NCBI GenBank assembly: GCA_031425655.1
Contig: JANPJS010000308.1
Coordinates: forward strand, 1-27,640
Direction: 5' to 3'
Length of the DNA: 27,640 nucleotides
Source of the DNA: Abditibacteriaceae bacterium
Lineage (GTDB): Bacteria; Armatimonadota; Abditibacteriia; Abditibacteriales; Abditibacteriaceae
Shown here: positions 8,101-16,306 of the stretch, piece by piece
How the letters are laid out: every line of letters begins with the position of its first letter
Numbering within the stretch: position 1 is the stretch's first letter
Notes under the pieces: generated by a model
The model's database searches: none
The model's input: only the letters and a program-made list of their open reading frames with translations
What the model was told of the DNA's origin: nothing
Made by a program: the position numbers and the translations under genes

Positions 8101-10932
8101 GCGGGCGCTTTTCAGCCCACTTTCCAAGTCTTGAACCACAAAAGCAATCGTGACCTTTTTGCCCGGCGAAAGCCCTTCTTCCGCCGTGCGCGGCGCGGTA
8201 AACGGTGCCTGGATGCCGGGAGCCAACGCCGGATACAATTGTCCGCCTACGGCCTGCGGCACCACAACCGGCGGCGTGGTGTCTTCGACTCCGGTCGTCC
8301 AGATATCATGCGTGAACCGCGTCAACGGCGTGATGGCCGTTGACGGAACCGGGTTATTGTATTGCGGGCCGCCGCCGGGGTTTTTAACCACCGGCTTAGG
8401 ATTGGCCGGGTCTTTGGAAGGAGCAGCGGCCACCATGCGCTGAGACGCAAACACGATTTGCGACACAATCTGATTTGTCGCCGACGAACGCGCAAACGAC
8501 GGCTCACGATCTGCGGATTTGTCTTCGGTCGCTCCGGTAAAATTGGCCGCGCTGAGAGCAGCCGGCGACGACAGGGCATTCGATTCCAACTGCGCAGGGT
8601 TCGTGCTGGTTTCTATTGGGATGGTGGAAGCCGGGCCGGGCCGAAAAGCACCACTGGCGACGGGATTCAAGGCCAAACCTGTCGCCCCGGTCAGTCGCGT
8701 GTCGCTAATGAAAACAGCGCCGGTCTGGCCCGTCGCCGGCAGAGGCGCTCCGGTGCGCCCATCGTAACGATTGACCGTTCCCTGACCGAAGAAAAAGGAA
8801 TTATCGGACACAAACAAGTCGGCGGCGCCATCTCGATTGGCGTCATTACCAAAAATGAGGCGCGACGGAAAATTCAAGCTGTTCGCCGGCACAAGGTTGC
8901 TGATAAACGTGCCCGAAGCCGGTAAAATCCGGCTGCCATTGAAGATTTTCACCGACCCTGTTCCACGATCCAAAACGTAGAGATCGCTCACGCCGTCGCC
9001 GTTGGCATCGCGCCCAAACGTGAGATCAACCGGAGTTACCAGCCCACCCTCGTTGGGAATCACAAAATCGCGGATGAAAAGCCCGCTGGCGCCGCTATAA
9101 ACGGTAATCCGATTGGGTGCCAACGCAGCCGCATAAAGCTCGGAAACTCCATCGTTGTCAAGGTCGTTCCCGAAAGCGATGCCTTCGATACCACCGACAT
9201 TGCCTATGGAGAAACGGGTCAGAAACGTAAAAGGCGGAGTGAAACGAAAGATTTCGCCCGAAGTGCGGCTGGCGACATAAATGGTGGCGTTGTCCGGCCC
9301 AACCGCAATCCCGCTGGGATTGGAAAACGCAGCCGAACTCGCAGTGCGCACTAACTGACCGGAAATTCCGTCGTAAGCCTCTATTGTGCCGTTTGAGACG
9401 CCAACAGCTCGGTCGGCGTTGGTGACATACAATTCCGGATAGCCATCGCCCGTCTGATCCGGCCCGTAGACCAAATCCTGCGGGTTGTTCAACAACTGCG
9501 AAGCGACATCGCGGCGAAAAGCGCCGTTTACCAAACTATAATCGCGGATATTATTGCTGGTTGAACCCACAACGGTCAAAGCCGAGGCCGGCACTGTAGG
9601 CGGAGGCGCCAACTGCGTGCTATTGATGATCAGCGACCAGATATTGAGGTCGCGTGTTTGATCGGAGGTATCAATGCGCCGCGTGCGCTCGAAGGCCAGA
9701 CGCTCGTTGCGAGTTCCACCCGCCGTATTCAACTGCAAAGACGGCGCGGGATTGTCGTCGAAGTCCGTCGCCAGACCACTTGGAACCGTGGGCGGATCAG
9801 CCACCAGAGGATCGGAAATCTGACGCTTGCGCGAGCCGTCCAGCGCGCTCATCGCAAAAATGCGGCGCCCGTTGACACGGACAAACTGCCGGGACGTGGC
9901 CGAAAAAGCACGATTGGACGAAAAGAACAGCACATTAACGTTAATCAGCGAAAAAGACGAAGCCCAATCGTCCGTCTCGTCGCCTAAAACATCAGTCGGG
10001 CCGCCGGTCAGTCGGCGCAGCGTGAGCGTGCTGCCCGATGGGTCAATGGCGAAGATGTCGTAGCGGCTGCCCGAAGTTGGAACGGTGGAGTTATTTTGCC
10101 CCGGCACCACGGTGGACGAAAAAGCAATCGCTCCCGACGAACCCCAGGCCGGATCGCGCAGCTTGCCCGCCGGAGCAAAAAACGTGAGCTGCTGAATAGG
10201 CGGCTTTCGCGTAGAAGGGTCTTGGCCAAAGGGGCTGACAATGAAAAGTTGGTTCGACGCGGCATCGCCGTCGGTATAAACAAGGCGGTTTCCATCCGGC
10301 GACCACGAGGGACTGCGCTGGTCACGCCCGGAATCCACGCCAAAACCCGTAACCTGGCGCTGGCCAGTGCCGTCACGCCTCATGATCCAGACGTGATACT
10401 TCGCCTGCACAGTGGTCTTGTCAATTTTACCGTCGGGGACTCCAGTTCCGGTGACGTTATTAACCGCGTCCGCGCCGTTGGATATGAAGGCGATAAAATC
10501 GCCGGAGGGACGATATTGCGGCTCACGCTCATCGCTCAGGTTGCCGGGAGTCAAGTCCGTTTCCGTCAAAGAAAAGCGATTCGCAGTAATCGCGCCGGCA
10601 GTCATCGCGCCGGCGGTTTTCAAGCCTGCGGCTTGAGACGACACGCCGGCCCTTTGACTCGCCATCTGCGCGCGCCGGGCTTCGCCGTAACTGCGCATCA
10701 AAGCGGGCAGGTCACGAAGCGACAAAGGTTTCTTTTTACCCGTGTTCGGCGTTGCGTTATTGGAAGCCGCCATCGGCGCGAACGCCGGCGACTTCGCGGT
10801 TTGAGCGGTCGCCCACCACACAGCGCTTGCCAGCGTCAAAACCATCAAAGTGGCCAGCACGCGTGGCTGCGCCCACGCGAAGCGGCGCTGCGCGCCATTC
10901 GACCGGGTGATTGTTGTTACTCGTTTATTCAT
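5161..10932 (-). CDS. Large secreted multidomain protein (TolB/PD40-like propeller, NHL-like propeller with DxxxDG loops, carboxypeptidase-regulatory-like Ig domains)
   Basis: 1923 aa; signal peptide (VLATLMVLTLASAVWWATAQ); PSWSPDGNRLVY-type repeats; NPQDLVYGPD / PSGIAVGPD repeats; GGISGRV...TDSNGEYEI and GSISGRA...TDGAGRFAF domains. Confidence 0.85.
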   Translation of the reverse strand: MNKRVTTITRSNGAQRRFAWAQPRVLATLMVLTLASAVWWATAQTAKSPAFAPMAASNNATPNTGKKKPLSLRDLPALMRSYGEARRAQMASQRAGVSSQAAGLKTAGAMTAGAITANRFSLTETDLTPGNLSDEREPQYRPSGDFIAFISNGADAVNNVTGTGVPDGKIDKTTVQAKYHVWIMRRDGTGQRQVTGFGVDSGRDQRSPSWSPDGNRLVYTDGDAASNQLFIVSPFGQDPSTRKPPIQQLTFFAPAGKLRDPAWGSSGAIAFSSTVVPGQNNSTVPTSGSRYDIFAIDPSGSTLTLRRLTGGPTDVLGDETDDWASSFSLINVNVLFFSSNRAFSATSRQFVRVNGRRIFAMSALDGSRKRQISDPLVADPPTVPSGLATDFDDNPAPSLQLNTAGGTRNERLAFERTRRIDTSDQTRDLNIWSLIINSTQLAPPPTVPASALTVVGSTSNNIRDYSLVNGAFRRDVASQLLNNPQDLVYGPDQTGDGYPELYVTNADRAVGVSNGTIEAYDGISGQLVRTASSAAFSNPSGIAVGPDNATIYVASRTSGEIFRFTPPFTFLTRFSIGNVGGIEGIAFGNDLDNDGVSELYAAALAPNRITVYSGASGLFIRDFVIPNEGGLVTPVDLTFGRDANGDGVSDLYVLDRGTGSVKIFNGSRILPASGTFISNLVPANSLNFPSRLIFGNDANRDGAADLFVSDNSFFFGQGTVNRYDGRTGAPLPATGQTGAVFISDTRLTGATGLALNPVASGAFRPGPASTIPIETSTNPAQLESNALSSPAALSAANFTGATEDKSADREPSFARSSATNQIVSQIVFASQRMVAAAPSKDPANPKPVVKNPGGGPQYNNPVPSTAITPLTRFTHDIWTTGVEDTTPPVVVPQAVGGQLYPALAPGIQAPFTAPRTAEEGLSPGKKVTIAFVVQDLESGLKSARVEFKDADRPTFQTQDSIVDAIIGVEIAVEQQPEIASSTNSSTGLPLRLRIFDNGPVSAGGNERQFGAIKGDGNYYCEGSFATVSDAGTALNGDFYIDLFVTDNADNSFAFDNVYGFSTRTFAKNNKVLFVSDYTVGQVFPSLINGFSPRSTIQTDPIESYYLNNPGGSTGAITPEDLAVPARPIPDTTSLGSFQVDPVSGQTDYVDVWRILCRGPIPFDRLLLYSPQITEQLIPGLDPDGDGIPGPYRQEDGTLFPDVTRQTAVASSCVVWASPYTGAVFAGPGTLYDSKTQEELTDYLETGGRLFVSGQEVAFALSNSGTVNNNFLANELKATYTGESGANTLNGSADTLIVNGNAVGEGPNPEPPVTLNIPPGIPNASYQDAASNQQGMDVIAPTAAAAGETITPLYNYAGGGLAAQRIEKVRAGGLESRLVFFGFGYEAVHRKYRNPASGLPTRCVNFRAKIFYNMTRIYFYTGGISGRVISRATNEPIPGFLIEVLGNNGQNFIAETDSNGEYEILGMPFGGYTVRPLQYDDNGTIRSANGSFLPGPGSGAFVTGGDISRDINFIVQPSPPGSISGRAISDKGTVDVSNDAIPSIQPAVNLPVLIRSIKSLKASASFPQGGIYAALTVTDGAGRFAFRNVPSNETYELIFNPLPGFTDDVNLQTRGDIPPNSGIVYPNPNPAASPQVNLSYERRVIPVDPAYGLDFTSPALRTVADDNQVMRPGFIVDIGQDLNLGDVPIRPGNGPDPGTGGGTNDDFQVGSVYMISIPYMDSSALTATTTPERAFTLPIVDTKGTVSTADDIVNYRLTRFDALTQTYIALGNGALLKRGEGYFMRPVSNPVSFKRPPTANPVRVPLPSSVNQFTVTLRRSASLAPTASNGFNLIGFPFHPDTFKSVNWSVSRVYVPAHDGQPAANYSTLTAAVAAGALAGNLQTLANATGNTYVDTTKMVPFKGYYAKTFVDNVQVTLIASTTP

Positions 10933-11077
10933 TGTGGTGTTGAAAAATAACGTCAGTTCGTCCGCGTGGCGATGCTACCAGTGTAAAGGGATACAACGCG
11001 CAATGCACGACGACCGGTTTTGGAAATTGCCTTTCTTAGAGTCGAATCAGGCACGAAAGGTTCCCGGCCCAAATAGC

Positions 11078-11150
11078 AAAAATGACACGATTGATTCAAT
11101 CGTGTCATCGCGCCTCACCCGGCACGGACAGCCATTGGCCGTCCGTGCCG
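11078..11150 (-). terminator. Tandem hairpins / intrinsic terminator after rpsA
   Basis: Hairpin 11120-11150 (CGGCACGGAC...GTCCGTGCCG) then hairpin 11082-11108 (ATGACACGATTG...CAATCGTGTCAT) followed by a U-tract on the minus strand. Confidence 0.75.
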
Positions 11151-11198
11151 ATTTAAAGTGAGCGAAAAGGATAAATTTCGCATCGCACCAGCCGCAGC

Positions 11199-13154
11199 TT
11201 ACTGAGCCGGCGAACTCTGGCCCGAATTTGCTTCGTCGCCCGCGATATTGTCCGCCACAGGCGTGCCGGTTTCGCTGGCATCAGGCAGGTTATCCGTTGC
11301 GGTGTCTTCCTGCAAAGCGCCGGGCAGCGAATCGCTGTTGATGTCCTTGTCTGGTCCAACAGCCTCCGATTCGACAGCCTCCGATTCAACAGCCTCCGAT
11401 TCGACAGCTTCCGATTCAACAGCCTCAGCAGTCGTGTCGGCAGTCGTTTCCACAACTTCATCGGTCGTTTCCACGGCTTCGTCGGCCACTTCAGTCGCTT
11501 CCACAACATCGTCGGTCGTTTCGACGGCTTCATCGGCCACTTCGGTCGCTTCCTCCTGCCAATCGTCCTCGCCGAAATCGTCTTCTTCTTCTTCAGCGGC
11601 CTGACGGGCGCGACTGAGCTTTTCGTCGCGCGTAACAACCACGGTCTTTTCGCGCTCTTTGCCGCGCTCTTTGGCAGCGCGCAGAGCGTTGCCGAACACA
11701 TCGCCCAAGCGCACTTCGTCATTGCCGCCGCGCTCGTTAAATTCTTTGACCGTGCTGCGTGTTTCGCGGCGCTCGCGCTCCTGAACAGCGGCCTTGAGGC
11801 TGAGCGAGATGCGGCGCTGGCGCGGCTCGATAGACTTCACGCGCGCTTCGATTTCCTGCCCGACCGTCAAAACTTCTTCGGGCGTTTTGATGCGATTCTC
11901 GCTCATCTCGGAAATCGGAATGATGCCTTCGATGCCTTCTTCGAGTTCGATGAAAGCGCAAGTCGGCACCATGCGCACGACTTTGCCGGGCACCATCTGG
12001 CCGGGACGATACGTTTTGGCGGCCTTTTTCCACGGATCGGGCTGCAACTGCTTGAGGCCAAGCGCGATGCGCTTGCGCTCTTCGTCAATTTCTAAAATGA
12101 CGACTTGCAGCTTCTGGCCCTTCTTCACGACATGACTGGGATGCTCGACGCGGCCCCACGACATTTCGCGGACGTGCAGCAAACCGTCTATGCCGCCCAA
12201 GTCAATAAAGGCGCCGAAATCGGTGATGCGCTGCACGACGCCCTCGATAATTTTGTCTTTTTCGAGATTCTCCCACGCCGTCGCTTCGCGTGCTTTGCGA
12301 TCTTCTTCGGCGGCGGCGCGGTGCGAAGCGATGACTTTGCTGCGTTTTTCGTCAATTTCTAAAATCTTGACGGGAATCACGCGCCCGACGAAACGGCTCA
12401 GGTCGCCTTTGTGGCGCGTATCCACATAACGTGCCGGCACGAAGGCGGGAACGCCCAAATCAACAATCAGACCGCCTTTGACCTGCTCTTTGACCGTGCC
12501 TTCGAGCGCGGTCTGGTCAATTTTGGCTTGATTCAGTTCGCGCCACAATCGCTTGTAATCGGCGCGCGTCTTCGACAGAATCGGATGATCGTCTTCTTCT
12601 TCTCCGCCGGAACGACGCACCACAACTTCAATCTCGTCGCCGACGTTGATTTCCTCGTGGCCGACTTCATCTCTGGGGATGATGCCTTCGCTTTTGGCGC
12701 CGATGTCCACCATGACTTCGCCGGAATTCTCGTCAATCCGCACCACGGTGCCCTTAATCAGCGAGCCGGGTCTGAGCGTATCAACGCCGGTCATGTAAGC
12801 ATCGGATTGCATAACATCGGCCATCGTTGGCTGGCGCGAAGTCCGCGACTCGCGTATGGCAGGCGCAGGCGCCGGAGCGGCTTCTATCGGAGGAGCCGCA
12901 GCCTCAACAGCGGCGGCTTCAACAGGTGCAGCTTCGGGAGCCGCAGCTTCCACAGGAGCAGCTTCGGGAGCAGCAGCTTCGGCAGAATCTGCATCCGCGC
13001 CCGAATCAGCGGGGGCGGCGTTGGCGGGCGAGGAAGCAGGCGCGGTTTGCGCAGTTTGGTCGTCGCCGGCGGCGAGCGAATCGGCGGGCGCGAGCGGGTC
13101 GGTCTGAGTGAGGGTGTCGTTCATCGGGTTGTCGTTGGTTTGAGCGTTTTCCAC
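11199..13154 (-). CDS. rpsA: 30S ribosomal protein S1 (4 S1 domains) with long acidic N- and C-terminal extensions
   Basis: VDIGAKSEGII, VKGGLIVDLGVPAFVP, ITDFGAFIDLGGIDGLLHVREMSW, AFIELEEGIEGIIPISE; start reassigned to GTG 13154 after AAGGAG. Confidence 0.92.
   Translation of the reverse strand: MENAQTNDNPMNDTLTQTDPLAPADSLAAGDDQTAQTAPASSPANAAPADSGADADSAEAAAPEAAPVEAAAPEAAPVEAAAVEAAAPPIEAAPAPAPAIRESRTSRQPTMADVMQSDAYMTGVDTLRPGSLIKGTVVRIDENSGEVMVDIGAKSEGIIPRDEVGHEEINVGDEIEVVVRRSGGEEEDDHPILSKTRADYKRLWRELNQAKIDQTALEGTVKEQVKGGLIVDLGVPAFVPARYVDTRHKGDLSRFVGRVIPVKILEIDEKRSKVIASHRAAAEEDRKAREATAWENLEKDKIIEGVVQRITDFGAFIDLGGIDGLLHVREMSWGRVEHPSHVVKKGQKLQVVILEIDEERKRIALGLKQLQPDPWKKAAKTYRPGQMVPGKVVRMVPTCAFIELEEGIEGIIPISEMSENRIKTPEEVLTVGQEIEARVKSIEPRQRRISLSLKAAVQERERRETRSTVKEFNERGGNDEVRLGDVFGNALRAAKERGKEREKTVVVTRDEKLSRARQAAEEEEDDFGEDDWQEEATEVADEAVETTDDVVEATEVADEAVETTDEVVETTADTTAEAVESEAVESEAVESEAVESEAVGPDKDINSDSLPGALQEDTATDNLPDASETGTPVADNIAGDEANSGQSSPAQ
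11358..11426. repeat. Coding 15-bp tandem repeat (AVESE)n in the rpsA tail
   Basis: About 4.6 copies of RACAGCCTCCGATTC with the first base alternating A/G. Confidence 0.9.
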
Positions 13155-13388
13155 TTGGAAGCTCCTTGAGCGCGGCTCAGGGACAATTCTATGTCCGCCG
13201 GCACGCGCCCTCCTTGAAAAAATTAAAAAATCTGACACAGCACCTAAACGCTGTGTTGGTTACGATATTTGGTTCGCTTCTGATTTGCGTTGGATGGCGC
13301 ACGCGGTTCGCGCATAGATGATGAAAAGCTGTGATGACGCGAGGAATTTGGTATTCAGAACAATCGAAACGAGCGGTAAACCGTGAAC

Positions 13389-13417
13389 ATTATAGCAGTC
13401 AATTAGAACACAGGCAA
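13389..13417 (-). promoter_or_regulatory. Sigma70 promoter with extended -10 for rpsA
   Basis: TTGCCT (13417-13412), 17 bp spacer, TGcTATAAT (-10 at 13394-13389). Confidence 0.75.
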
Positions 13418-13525
13418 TGCGCGTTTCAACAAAATTCACCGTTATTTATGTTAAATCATGTTACGCGGGTGGCTCTTGGCACCGCGACCATAGTATCACC
13501 GCGTAACATCAGACGTTAAATCATT

Positions 13526-16255
13526 TCACGCGATTTTGGTCGTTTCCTCCCACGTCGGGCCGCTGCTGACATCGGTTTCCAACGGCACGCGAAGTTGCAA
13601 ATGCGCGGTTGGAACTTCGCTCATCAAGCGCTGCACAAGCGGCGCCATGATTTCGATTTCGTCATAGGGCACTTCGAAAACCAGTTCGTCGTGAACCTGC
13701 ATAATCATGCGCGATTTCACGTTCAGACGGCGCATTTCCTCGAAGACGGCCAGCATCGCAATCTTCATAATGTCCGCTGACGTGCCTTGAATCGGATGGT
13801 TAATCGCCGTCCGCTCGGCTCCGGTTCGCTCCGGCGCGCGTGGACTGTTGATTTCCGGCAACGGGCGTCGGCGTCCTAATAATGTCGCCACATAGCCCTG
13901 CGCTTTGGCCGTAGTCAGAGTGTCGTCAATATATTTCTTGATGCCGGGCAGTGTTTCAAAATAATGCTTGATGAACTTGCCGGCTTCGCCCGGCGAATCA
14001 ATGCCAAGCTGCTTCGACAATCCAAAGCCCGATACGCCGTAAGCGATGGCATAATTGGTCATTTTAGCTTTGCGGCGCATCTCGGCATCCACATCTTCGA
14101 CGGCGACATTGAAAAGCTCGGACGCGGTGCGCGAATGCACATCCTGGCCGCTGCGAAAAGCCTCAATTAGCGGCTCGTCGCCGGTAATGTGCGCCAGAAT
14201 ACGCAACTCAATCTGCGAATAGTCGGCTTTGAGCAAAACGTGCCCCGGCGGCGCGATGAAAGCGCGGCGAATCAGGCGGCCCTGCGCGGTGCGAATCGGG
14301 ATATTTTGCAAGTTCGGACTGGATGAACTGATACGTCCACTGACGGTTCCCGTCTGATTCAAATTGGTGTGAATGCGATCTGTGGTTTTGTCGCGGCCTT
14401 CGAGCAAGGCTTCGACGTAAGTGGTTTGCAACTTCACAACGCCGCGATAATCGAGGATTTTACGCACGATTTCGTGGTCTTCGGCCAATTTTTCCAGCGT
14501 GTGAACGTCGGTGGAAAAGCCGGTTTTGATGCTGCGCCCTTTGGCCAAACCGAGTTTTTCAAACAGCACGACTTGCAGTTGCTTGGTCGAGCCGACGTTG
14601 AATTCTTCGCCCGCCGATTCCCAAATTTCTTTTTGCAGCCGCTCGGCTTCGCTTTTGAGTTGCACGCCGATTTCCTGAAGACGCGGCACATCGAGCAGCA
14701 TTCCGCACTGTTCCATCGCCACTAAAATCTCGACAAGAGGCATTTCCAACTCATCGAAGATTTTCGCTTCCTCGATTTTTTCCAATTCGGCGCGCAAAAC
14801 CGGCGCGAGTCGGAAAACCGCGCACGCGGAGGCGCCGTGTGCGCGGCGGCGTGCCAAAACCAACGCGGCGGCCTCGTTTTGCGCGGTTTCGTCCACCGAT
14901 TCGTCTTCAAAAAGCGAAGTTGGCGGCGCGACGACTTTTTTCGATTTACTGACTTTGGGCGCTTCGGGCGGCGCGGGAACCGTGAGTTTCAGGTATTTCG
15001 TGGCCAACGCGCCGACGGGATGCGCTTGATGCGCCGGGTCGAGCAAATACGCCATCAAAAACGTGTCGGCGACCGCGCCGCGCATTTTTACGCCGTGTTG
15101 CACCAGCGATAATTGCAGCGTTTTGGCGTCGTGTGCGATTTTTTCGCGCTTTTCGTCTTCGAGCCAATCGCGCAAATCTTGCGGCGCGCCCGAAAAGTGC
15201 AGCGCCTGCCCGTTTACGCCGAAAACTAAGGCGTTTTCTCCCATCAAAACTGCGACAGGCCCGGTTTCGGCGTGTTTTTTCAGCCACGCCAGCGCTTCGT
15301 CCGCGTTTTGCGCTTGCGTGAATTCGCATTCGATGTCTGAGGGCTTTTCCTCGTCAACGGATGCTTCGCTTTCGGAGGTCGCGCTGTTTCCGAAGCGTGC
15401 GATCAGGCTTTTGAATTCCAACGCCTGCGCGGTTTGCAGCGCCAGAGCGCGGCGTTCGGCATCGCGGCGTGCGTCGTGATAGCGGCAGGCTTCAAACTCA
15501 ATTTCTATCGGCAAATCCGTGATAATGCGCGCCATATGACGCGAATGAAAGGCCGTTTCTCGGTGCTTTTCCAGCAAATCACGAATGCGCGGCGGCGTGA
15601 CCTCATTTAAATGCTCGTAAACCTCTTCGAGCGTGCCGAACTTGGAAATCAGGCTCATCCCGGTCTTTTCGCCGATGCCGGGCACGCCGGGAATGTTGTC
15701 GGAGCTATCGCCGCGCAAGCCTTTATAATCAGGCAAAAGTTCGGGCACGAAACCAAAGCGTTCTTTGACGGCGGCGGGCGTGTATTCCACTAAATCGCTG
15801 ACGCCCTTGCGTGTCAACATGACGCGCACGTCGTCGCGTGCCAATTGCAATGCATCGCCGTCGCCGGTCACGATGGTCACGTCGCACTCGTTGCACGGCC
15901 CATGCACCGCCAGCGTGCCGATAATGTCGTCGGCCTCAAAGCCCGAATGCTCGTAGTGAGGAATGGAAAAGCCGTCCAGAACCGAGCGCACGCGGCGCAC
16001 CTGCGCTTTCATATCGTCGGGCGCTTCGGGACGATTGGCTTTGTAAGTCGCGTCGGCTTCGTGGCGAAAGGTTGGAGCGTGCGCGTCCATCGCCACAAGG
16101 GCGTAATCGGGCCGTTCATCATCGAGCAGCTTCAGCACCATTTTCATGAAGCCGAACAAAGCGCCGGTCGGCTCGCCGCCTTTAGTAGTCAGCGGCGGCG
16201 ACGAAAAGAATGCGCGGAACAACAACGAATAACCGTCAATAATGAGAAGTTTCAT
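13526..16255 (-). CDS. polA: DNA polymerase I (5'-3' nuclease, degenerate 3'-5' exonuclease, polymerase)
   Basis: LIIDGYSLLFRAFF, FEADDIIGT, GDSSDNIPGVPGIGEKT, SSSPNLQNIP, motif A ADYSQIELRILAH, motif B RRKAKMTNYAIAYG, motif C QVHDELVFE; ATG at 16255. Confidence 0.97.
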   Translation of the reverse strand: MKLLIIDGYSLLFRAFFSSPPLTTKGGEPTGALFGFMKMVLKLLDDERPDYALVAMDAHAPTFRHEADATYKANRPEAPDDMKAQVRRVRSVLDGFSIPHYEHSGFEADDIIGTLAVHGPCNECDVTIVTGDGDALQLARDDVRVMLTRKGVSDLVEYTPAAVKERFGFVPELLPDYKGLRGDSSDNIPGVPGIGEKTGMSLISKFGTLEEVYEHLNEVTPPRIRDLLEKHRETAFHSRHMARIITDLPIEIEFEACRYHDARRDAERRALALQTAQALEFKSLIARFGNSATSESEASVDEEKPSDIECEFTQAQNADEALAWLKKHAETGPVAVLMGENALVFGVNGQALHFSGAPQDLRDWLEDEKREKIAHDAKTLQLSLVQHGVKMRGAVADTFLMAYLLDPAHQAHPVGALATKYLKLTVPAPPEAPKVSKSKKVVAPPTSLFEDESVDETAQNEAAALVLARRRAHGASACAVFRLAPVLRAELEKIEEAKIFDELEMPLVEILVAMEQCGMLLDVPRLQEIGVQLKSEAERLQKEIWESAGEEFNVGSTKQLQVVLFEKLGLAKGRSIKTGFSTDVHTLEKLAEDHEIVRKILDYRGVVKLQTTYVEALLEGRDKTTDRIHTNLNQTGTVSGRISSSSPNLQNIPIRTAQGRLIRRAFIAPPGHVLLKADYSQIELRILAHITGDEPLIEAFRSGQDVHSRTASELFNVAVEDVDAEMRRKAKMTNYAIAYGVSGFGLSKQLGIDSPGEAGKFIKHYFETLPGIKKYIDDTLTTAKAQGYVATLLGRRRPLPEINSPRAPERTGAERTAINHPIQGTSADIMKIAMLAVFEEMRRLNVKSRMIMQVHDELVFEVPYDEIEIMAPLVQRLMSEVPTAHLQLRVPLETDVSSGPTWEETTKIA

Positions 16256-16306
16256 GCTCTGCAACGGTGTAACAGACCGCCTCCGGGTGCCGCAACAAAG
16301 AGATCG

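Noticed and set aside
13458..13509. 11-bp inverted repeat ATGTTACGCGG / CCGCGTAACAT after polA as a regulator site or RNA gene
   Set aside because: Long loop, single occurrence and no recognisable family; at most a weak terminator-like structure.
14905..14925. PTSLF in the PolA insert as a beta-clamp binding motif
   Set aside because: It lacks the conserved Gln of QL[S/D]LF and sits in a low-complexity insert, so support is too weak.
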